NCBI RefSeq assembly: GCF_000143415.4
Contig: NW_003314278.1
Span: 1,996,362-2,060,361 of the forward strand
Reading direction: 5' to 3'
DNA from: Selaginella moellendorffii
Taxonomy: Eukaryota > Plantae > Lycopodiophyta
DNA length: 64,000 nucleotides
Below the pieces are notes generated by a model. The model worked only from the letters and a program-made list of their open reading frames with translations, was not told the origin of the DNA and did no database searches. Position 1 is the first letter of the stretch. Every line of letters begins with the position of its first letter. A program made the position numbers and the translations under genes. Below are positions 55,801-64,000 of the stretch, piece after piece.

Positions 55801-58800
55801 AATGATCGATATATTCTAACTTAAATCCAAAAAAGATTCAAATATTTCAATATTGATCATTAACTCTTCCTCTTGTAAAGTTAATATAGTCCATAACTAA
55901 ATCATGTTTCAAGGAAAAGCCCAAACTCAACCCCTACTAAATAATCTTGTCTAGAATATAACTAACTCAATTTACTATGTAGTTCATTTGAACATCAATA
56001 TAGTTGTTAACTAGTAAATGCACGAATGCCAAATACACAAAGTTACAACCAAATCAAATGAAACTCAATATCAATCCTATAAAGAGACATCTCATCCCAC
56101 TTGAATCTTAATAATAATAATGTCAACGACAAGGCATCAATTCAATGCCATCAACACTAAAACAAAGCTAATAGAAAGCAAGAGTGAATCACCATTTAAA
56201 ACTCTCAAGCAATTAAGTTAGCCAAAGTCAAAGATACCTTAATCGGTACTTAAGACCAATCTTTTAACAATACTTAGTTACAGATAACACACAACACTAT
56301 GAACTAAACGCAACCAATGATATTAAGAAAGATGGAATCGACATGCTAATATGAAAAATCCATGCAAGACCACGACACGATCCTCCATAAATGATTGTTT
56401 GTAGATTTTATCAAAAGATTATGGACACTTGCTTTGCTTAGTGATGATTTAGCAGTGATGGGCTTGCTTTACTAGATGGTGTAATTGCAAAACAACTAAT
56501 AATCACTCTTCAACTTGCCTTCACAAGCCCCAAACACTAAACTCACATTATTGAGTCCTATACTTGTCCAACATGAACGTAATACCTCAGGTACAAGATA
56601 AAGGTTCATGGATAAGCATCAACTAAATGACCTTTATCCATGATTTAAATAACCACTCGAATCTAATTTAACCACAATAAACTCACTAATGCATATAGTC
56701 AAATAACTTTGAGCATGCTTGGTTAGCTATGCATGATCAACACTTAATCAAAACTAAAGTGAAGACCATAAGATGTTATTATTTTGGTACATAACCTCCT
56801 CATAGACAAAATTATAATACAAGTATCAATATCTCAACCTCAAACAACTAAGTTGGACATCACCATCTTTAGCCAAGGCACAAAGCCACCAAGACCAAGT
56901 CAAAATCAATAAGAGCTCACTACTCTCTTAGAGTATAATGAAATACAAGGTGTAACCTACCATTAAGCATAATGCTATAGAAAAAAGGTATAAGGGTCAC
57001 CTTTTTAGAAAAGTGTTATAGCCACTTTTTTATACCAACTGCAAACTTTATCCAACTCAATTAGTCAACTCTTATCCCCAGAAGTCAACATCCCTTTTGG
57101 GCCATATCATACAAACTACCAACTAAATCTAAGCCAACCAAAGTCAACTCTAACCTTTTCATTAATTTGTAATGGTTTACGAAAATAGAATGGTTTTCGA
57201 GCAAAATAATCAACAAGTTAGCCATTGGAAAAATTTAAGAAAATTTATGGAAATTTTTCCATCCTAGAAAAAGAATAACTCTCAATTTAGAAATACAAAC
57301 TTTCAAAACTCAACCAACTTTTTTTACTAACAACTTCACAAAAGTTCACCTTAACACAAATTCTCATGACCCAATAATATGTCTAAGCATCGAACATTTT
57401 ACCCATTTTTCTGACATTTAACATTGACATTCGCAAAATATAAATGAATACCCAAGATTCGATCACAAATACCATATCTTCATATATCCACATTGCACTA
57501 ACACTTTTCTTGAATCACTTTTAAGATCCAATATAAAGCCAAAACACTAACAAAAAAAATGACATGGAAAATCAAGTTTTAAAGAAAGTTCCTCATCACT
57601 CAATATAACAATGTTATTTCCATTAGCACAAGTGCTAGCAAAATTAATACTTTATCTACACATCTTCTCCATCCAACAATCTTCTCCAAGTGCTAATGGA
57701 TCAACTGACAAGCTATAGCAAATAAATGCTACAACCCTTTTCTAACACCTCAATGGACAAACTCTTAGGGAAATAAAATATCAACTTAAGCTTAGCATAA
57801 TAGACCACTATCGAGAATTCAATCAAAGTTACTTCAATGCTACTATATGTAAGTAGACTAGCTTCACTATTAACCACTTTGGGGTTGATTATCGTTTGAC
57901 CAAGAAACTTCGTAAACATATTGCTTATTATTACATAGATATGATATAAGTATCACAATGACTTGATCGTCAATTAAGCAATACCACGAGCAATGCCCAT
58001 GTCACTATTACAAAGGTTTACGTGAATATTAAGTGTTAACTCAATTTAACAAAATGTAACATGAATACCATATCCCATTAATAGAGATTTACAACACTTA
58101 ACACCACTAACTTTTGCTCACAACATGGACAAATTCATGCCACTCTCTATTTAACCAAACTCAAAATTAATCCAACACCAAGCTACTTAAGGAGCAATAA
58201 CAAGGTTCCCTGAAAAAAATTGAGCATTGCAACCCAAGTCTTCCAATAGCAAGCATAAACAAAATGATTTAGCACTTCACTACTATCCATCCCATGACTC
58301 GCCACTTATAAAACCATCATAACCATCATGCATCAAAGTAGGGACTTTTGATTGCATGATATGAACACGAGCAATGAGTTTACACCTCGTTGCAAATTAT
58401 CTCTCCAAGTAGAGAAAATTATTTATGTGTTTAATCCTTCGTCCCTAACAACTCTCTTTTCGGACTCTACTTTGACTAAACCTCAAATTTGCTTTTTCAC
58501 TACCTTCAGTCTAATCCAAAAAAAGTTTATAAGAGAGCATGATAATGACTATTTGAACCAATAGACTATTCCTTATAGTTTTGATTGACCTACAAGAGTC
58601 TACACTCCCAAGAACCACTCTGCTGCAGGACCAATAACAAGGGCGAGTGTGAAGATGTGGACATTCGTCGGTATCTTCTTCTTAGCCATTATCCCATGGA
58701 TCTCCCGCATCTCCTTGCCTTTCAACCGAGCCTTCACCTCGTTCAAGGCCTTCCAGAACTTGTGATAGGATTCGGAGTCGTAGATCATAATCATGTCTAG

Positions 58801-58935
58801 GAAGGATTCACTAGTATCATGCTAAACAACTACAGACTAACTTATTTGCCACTCATAGCAAATTTAGGGGAGGTTTATGTTTTACCCACGATATATAGAA
58901 CAACTCATAGAACCACCAATAAGCAAATATTAATT

Positions 58936-60685
58936 TGTGAGACACAAAATCCCTAGGCCCCAAAGTGGAGCCGGAAAGGGTGCCACGTGGTAGTGGCTGA
59001 AGCGAGAGCCAAACGAGCGTAACACGTTTGGACCAAAAGCTCCGACTTGAAAAGTCAAGAGCGGGAGTGGAACTCCCAAAGAAGTGCTCGAGGAACGAGC
59101 ACGAAGCAAGCAAAAAGCGAGGCTCCAAAAACGGACCCAAAAGGACCAACACATGACACATGGAAGTGTCCGAAATGGACTCGAGTTGGAGTCCGAAGTG
59201 GAGTCCGAGATGGACTCGAGTTGGAGTCCGAAGTGGAGTCCGAGATGGACCCGAGTTGGAGTCCAAAGTGGAGTCCGAGATGAACTCGAGTTGGAGTCCG
59301 AAGTGGAGTCCGAGATGGACCCGAGTTAGAGTCCAAAGTGGAGTCCGAGATGGACCCGAGTTGGAGTCCGAAGTGGAGTCCGAGATGGACCCGAGATGGA
59401 GTCCGAGGTGGACCCGAGATGGACCCGAAATGGAGTCCGAGATGGAGTCCAAGATGGACCCAAGATGGAGTCCGAGATGGACCCGAGATGGAGTCCGAGA
59501 TGGAGTCTGAGATGGAGTCCGAGATGGAGTCCGAAGTCGAGACCGAGACCGGGACCGAGACCGAGACCGAGACCGAGATCAGGACCAAGAACGAGACCGA
59601 GGCCGAGGCCGAGACCGAGCCTGAGCCCGAGTCTGAGTCCGAATCCGAGTCCGAGTCCGAGTCCGAGTCCGAGTCCGAGTTCGAGCCTGAGAGGGTGAAA
59701 GCCCAAAGCGTTTGTCTCCCAGACCCTGGGGGGTTTGGTGAGCTCCAAAAGTATAGTAGGGGGAGGACTGCAGTGGAGCCAGTTTGGCCAGGAAAGGCCA
59801 GTTTGGCCCAGGAAGGCTGGACCCAGTGTTGGGTGATGAGCTGCCCACTGGGAAGTCCAAGACTAGAGTGAACACGGACCGACAAGCGGGGTAGCTTGGT
59901 GAAGTGTTCAAGAGCCGGCTCTAGTTCCCCCGGGAGATCCACTGGCCGATGCTCCCAGTCCAAGTGTGGGTGGCACTACCTACTTGGATACCTGGTGTGG
60001 CTCAACGGAACCCGCTCTAAGCCCATGGCTAGAGCACCCAAGGGCAGAAGGTGAGGAGAGTACCCAGGCGGCTCGCGTAAGGCCACGGTGTTCCGAAATG
60101 TTGTACCAAAGGCCTAGACTGTGGAAAGGAAGAGGAGCAGTCCTCTGGGGTAGTGACCAAGGACACAGTCGTGTGGTGAGGAAGTCCCAGAGGACCGGGG
60201 GACTTAGTGGTCGGGCCTGTGGGTCTCGATCCAGTGGCAGTGTTGGCAAACACGGCCAGGGGCAGAAAGGGACTTAGTAGGGACTGACAGAGGGATATTG
60301 GGGAAGGCTATTCCCCTTGTTAGTGGGCATCCTAAGGATGCTAAGGAGTGGATCTGAGATGACCACTCACAGATGGTTTGCCTAGTCTTGGAGAGCCAAG
60401 ACGGTGATGCAAGTGGTATTGGACTACCAGTGTGGCAAAGGTGATTGGGCATGGCCTTAGCGTAACGGGCTGCTATGTCGGTGGTACCTTTGAGTGTCGG
60501 TCATGGGATCGGACACGTGGAGCACTTGGACCAAGTGCAAATGTTGAGTGGCATGGATGCCATTCTCGGGGCTAGCAAGTCCCAAGTCCTGGATTGGACT
60601 TATGGAGGTTGTGAATGAGACTCCTCCAAGTGTTCAGAGGTGTGGTTAAGTGACTAAAGTAGAATGGAAAATTTAGTCGCTTACA
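58936..60685 (+). repeat. 5' LTR (1750 bp, TG...CA)
   Basis: Aligns with 62979-64000. Confidence 0.88.
59168..59685. repeat. LTR-internal minisatellite (GAGTCCGAGATG / GACCCGAGATG and 6-bp GAGTCC / GAGACC units); second array at ~63210-63745
   Basis: Directly visible arrays. Confidence 0.9.
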
Positions 60686-60688
60686 ATT

Positions 60689-60700
60689 TGGTATCGGAGC
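60689..60700 (+). other. Primer-binding site, tRNA-iMet type
   Basis: TGGTATCGGAGC, 3 nt after the LTR end; one mismatch to TGGTATCAGAGC. Confidence 0.85.
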
Positions 60701-62978
60701 TGTTCCTTAGTCCGACTTTTATTGGTGCTCAAGTATATCACCACTAGTGTTGGCATCGGAAGGTCCGAGGAGTGAGCCTATCCTTGAGGAGTAGCAAGTC
60801 GGGAAGACATGGCTCTCCATTACAGTTCATGTGTGAACTTGTAGACGAGGTGGTGGATAGAAAAGGGCCAATAATGGAACGACTTTGGGATCTTGGGAAC
60901 AGTGTAAGGTTTTCCTCATTGAGTTGAGGATGTGATCCGGATGAGCATTTGTCTCAGCAAATTGGCTAAGGTTGTTGTGGTAAACAACTAAAGTTGGGAT
61001 CACGGGAAAGATAGAGACTCCAAAACAATAAAGGAGTCACAAGATTATCCTCATATAGTTGAGGTTGGTGCTCATGAATGTGAGACCAAAGGTAATGACC
61101 GTGGAAGGTCAAATACGGAAGAGGACTCAAGTCCTTGAAATGGTAGCCGGGTCTACCTTTAATAAATGCTAGAACAACCCAAGGAGTTGGGGGGTGTACT
61201 TAAAGATGAGTGGTATTCTCATCGCATGGACAAGTACTCCTAAGGGGCAAAAGTTGCCCCCAGAGAACAAAATCAAGTGTCGGAGTAACACTTGTGAAAA
61301 TAGTCCTTTTGAGTAGGACAGGAATGCAAAAAGTGTATTCCAGTGAGCTAGTGCCTCACAAGTAGGACCTTATGGGTCTGTGGATTAACCAAGTCCAAAA
61401 CTGCTGGATAACTCAAGTAGAGTCAAGGGATGATCATAAAAGGACTGATGGAAGCATTTGGACTGAAGTGTGTTGTACCCCACAAAGGATGGGGGGGGAT
61501 CATAGGATCCAAGGATGAGAACAGAGGGTATCTCATCGATGGCAAAATGTGCCATGCTAAAGTTATGGGAAAGGTGTTCCCAGAAGAATATAACTTTGAC
61601 ATAGAGTTGTGTGTGACCTCTATGGGGTAGTGCTAACGGATGGTTGGCATGAGAAAGAGTGGTGTTGGTCTTGGCAAAGACTTAGACACGAAGGGGAAAT
61701 GTCATAGAGGTAGGCTCGTGGAGCCGATGGTGTGGAGACACCAAATGTGCCAAGGTGTGATACCTTGAGGCTATGTTGGTGGGTTCATGAGAACCCCTTG
61801 CCAAAGGAATCCCAATGGAAATGGGAATGGCATAGCCTAAGCTGCAGAGCATGCAGTTGGAGTGTGGTGACCCAGATAATGATGGAGGTGTGAAAGCACC
61901 AAGCAATGAGTTGTAGGACTTGACAACTATGAGGCAACTAAGCAAGAGGTGCAAAATAACTGGTTAAACGGGTAGAAGGTAGCTACCTAAGACTTCTTAA
62001 TAGCATAAGGAAGTTGGATATACCCTTACGGGGGATAAGTTGCTTGTGTTGCGATATAATAAGTCAATGTCATAAAAGGAAATACTCATTGTCAAGAAAG
62101 CCATCATTGGGACACCCGAACACTCTAGAACACCAGAAGGTGGTGTTTGATATCGCGAGGGCAATGGATAAAGCCCAAGGGACTAAGTCCCTAGCGAATG
62201 ATGGATAGAAGGTGCTATCCAAATGTCCAAGGTTGCGGAGACAGGAGAGGACTGTCTACCCGAGTTGGACAAAGCCAAAAATGGAATTTTGGCAAGGCTA
62301 GTGATGGGCATGTAAAGGCCCATAAGCAACAATGTAATCCCAGTGTGTGGGATTATAAGGTGAGCATACCCGGATTGAGGAACCACTCCCTAGGCTATTG
62401 GGTAGGTTCATCCCCAAGAATACTTGCTAAAGCGTGATAGAAAGTGCAAAGCTATCTTCTTGGTCTGGAGGAGAATGACCAAAGGAAAGGTGAGAAGCCA
62501 AAAAGCAAGAAGTAAGGGGATAGAACCGAACCATAGGAATCAAAGGGCATAACCAAGGTTGGTTATGCCAGCTGGGAGTGGAGAATCAAGTGGGGGCTCG
62601 AGGGTGTTGCCGCTAGCAACCGTGATGCCATGGAGAGTCTAAAATATGGAATTGTCCATGTTAGACTATGTGGCATTTTGAAGGCTTGCAAAAAGGGAGG
62701 CCTTAGCAAGCTGAGGGACAGAGTTCCTTCAAGGTTCCCAAAGACGATTCTAGGTAGCTTAGTACCTAGAAAGGCCAAGTGTAAATGGTTCATGGAACGC
62801 GCGAAATCAAAGTGGCGCAGCAGAGGCGTGGTCTTGAAGCTTGCCATGAGGCAAGGCTATCAAGGTTAGGGAAGTAGTTCCTGAGTGTTCAAAGAGAGGG
62901 CTTTGAACGAAAGTCGATGGTCAAGGACTTTCACGCTTATGCAGGAACCATGTTACAGTGGTCGGAGGACTTGCCAAG

Positions 62979-64000
62979 TGTGAGACAAAAAATCCCTAGG
63001 CCCCAAAGTGGAGCCGGAAGGGCGCCACATGGTAGTGGCCGAAGCGAGAGCCAAACGAGCGTAACACGTTTGGACAAAAAGCTCCGACTTGAAAAGTCAA
63101 GAGCGGGAGTGGAACTCCCAACGAAGTGCTCGAGGAACGAGCACGAAGCGAGCAAAAGGCGAGGCTCCAAAAAGGGACCCAAAAGGACCAACACATGACA
63201 CGTGGGAGTGTCCGAGATGGAGTCCGAAGTGGAGTCCGAGGTGGACCCGAGTTGGAGTCCAAAGTGGAGTCCGAGATGGACCCGAGATGGACCCGAAATG
63301 GAGTCCGAGATGGAGTCCGAGATGGACCCGAGATGGAGTCCAAGATGGAGTCCGAGATGGAGTCCGAGATGGACTCGAGATGGAGTCCGAGATGGAGTCT
63401 GAGATGGAGTCCGAGATGGACCCGAGATGGAGTCCGAGATGGAGTCCGAGATGGACCCGAGATGGACCCGAAATGGAGTTCAAGATGGACCCGAAATGGA
63501 GTCCGAGATGGAGTCCGAGATGGACCCGAGATGGAGTTCGAGATGGACCCGAGATGGACCCGAGATGGAGTCCGAGATGGAGTCCGAAGTCGAGACCGAG
63601 ACCGGGACAGAGACCGAGACCGAGACCGAGATCGGGATCGGGACCGAGACCGAGACCGAGGCCGAGGCCGAGACCGAGCCCGAGCCCGAGTTCGAGTCCG
63701 AATCCGAATCCGAGTCCGAGTCCGAGTCCGAGTCCGAGTCCGGAGCTTGAGAGGGTGAAAGCCCAAAGCGTTTGTCTCCCAGACCCTAGGGGGTTTGGTG
63801 AGCTCCAAAAGTATAGTAGGGGGAGGACTGCAGTGGAGCCAGTTTGGCCAGGAAAGGCCAGTTTGGCCCAGGAAGGCCAGACCCAGTGTTGGGTGATGAA
63901 CTGACCACTGGGAAGTCCAAGACTAGAGTGAATACGGACCGACAAGCGGGGTAGCTTGGTGAAGTGTTCAAGAGCCGGCTCTAGTTCCCCCGGGAGATCG
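62979..64000 (+). repeat. 3' LTR (partial)
   Basis: Near-identical to the 5' LTR outside the minisatellite. Confidence 0.88.

Larger units (their letters stand above)
58936..64000 (+). mobile_element. Non-autonomous LTR retrotransposon (3' LTR truncated by the window edge)
   Basis: Direct repeats start TGTGAGAC at 58936 and 62979; the 5' LTR ends TTACA at 60685; PBS follows; 2.3-kb interior has no long ORF. Confidence 0.9.

Noticed and set aside
59168-59540. CRISPR-like regular repeats
   Set aside because: No unique spacers and no cas genes; it is a tandem minisatellite in a plant LTR.
59055-63945. Long repetitive ORFs (RS/RD/GL/ESE repeats) in several frames of the LTRs
   Set aside because: By-products of stop-free GC-rich minisatellites.

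Overview
Gene-dense eukaryotic nuclear DNA from a land plant. Tiny (~50-70 nt) GT-AG introns, GC-rich exons, very short intergenic spacers and long 31-aa SS-type PPR arrays point to a lycophyte such as Selaginella (inference). About 19 apparently intact protein genes: Deg protease, At4g22030-like protein, DUF538, CNMT-like methyltransferase, four PLS-class PPR genes (one with a DYW deaminase, one cut by the window edge), HSP20, MS5/POLLENLESS3-like TPR, MCMDC2-like, RPE, two F-box genes, a secreted Cys-rich protein, an RGI-type LRR-RLK, PRORP, OPT and CDCA7. There are also three tRNA genes (Lys-CTT, Leu-AAG, Ala-AGC), several pseudogenes (including a four-gene block at 47.7-52.1 kb, three of them internally deleted), CpG-poor AT-rich islands, and a non-autonomous LTR retroelement at the right end. 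The most unusual items are (i) a PPR-DYW editing deaminase with an N-terminal PFGKHKG..YLxW (DUF3820/ExoX-C-like) domain instead of a transit peptide, 107 bp behind a heat-shock gene; (ii) PPR genes with almost no room for their own promoters (25-107 bp from a neighbouring gene or tRNA); (iii) a tRNA-Lys lying in sense 62 bp upstream of an MCMDC2-like gene; and (iv) an orphan secreted Cys-rich protein with a pasted fragment of the neighbouring receptor kinase beside it. Family calls come from recognised motifs; no searches were run, and exon boundaries were read by eye.
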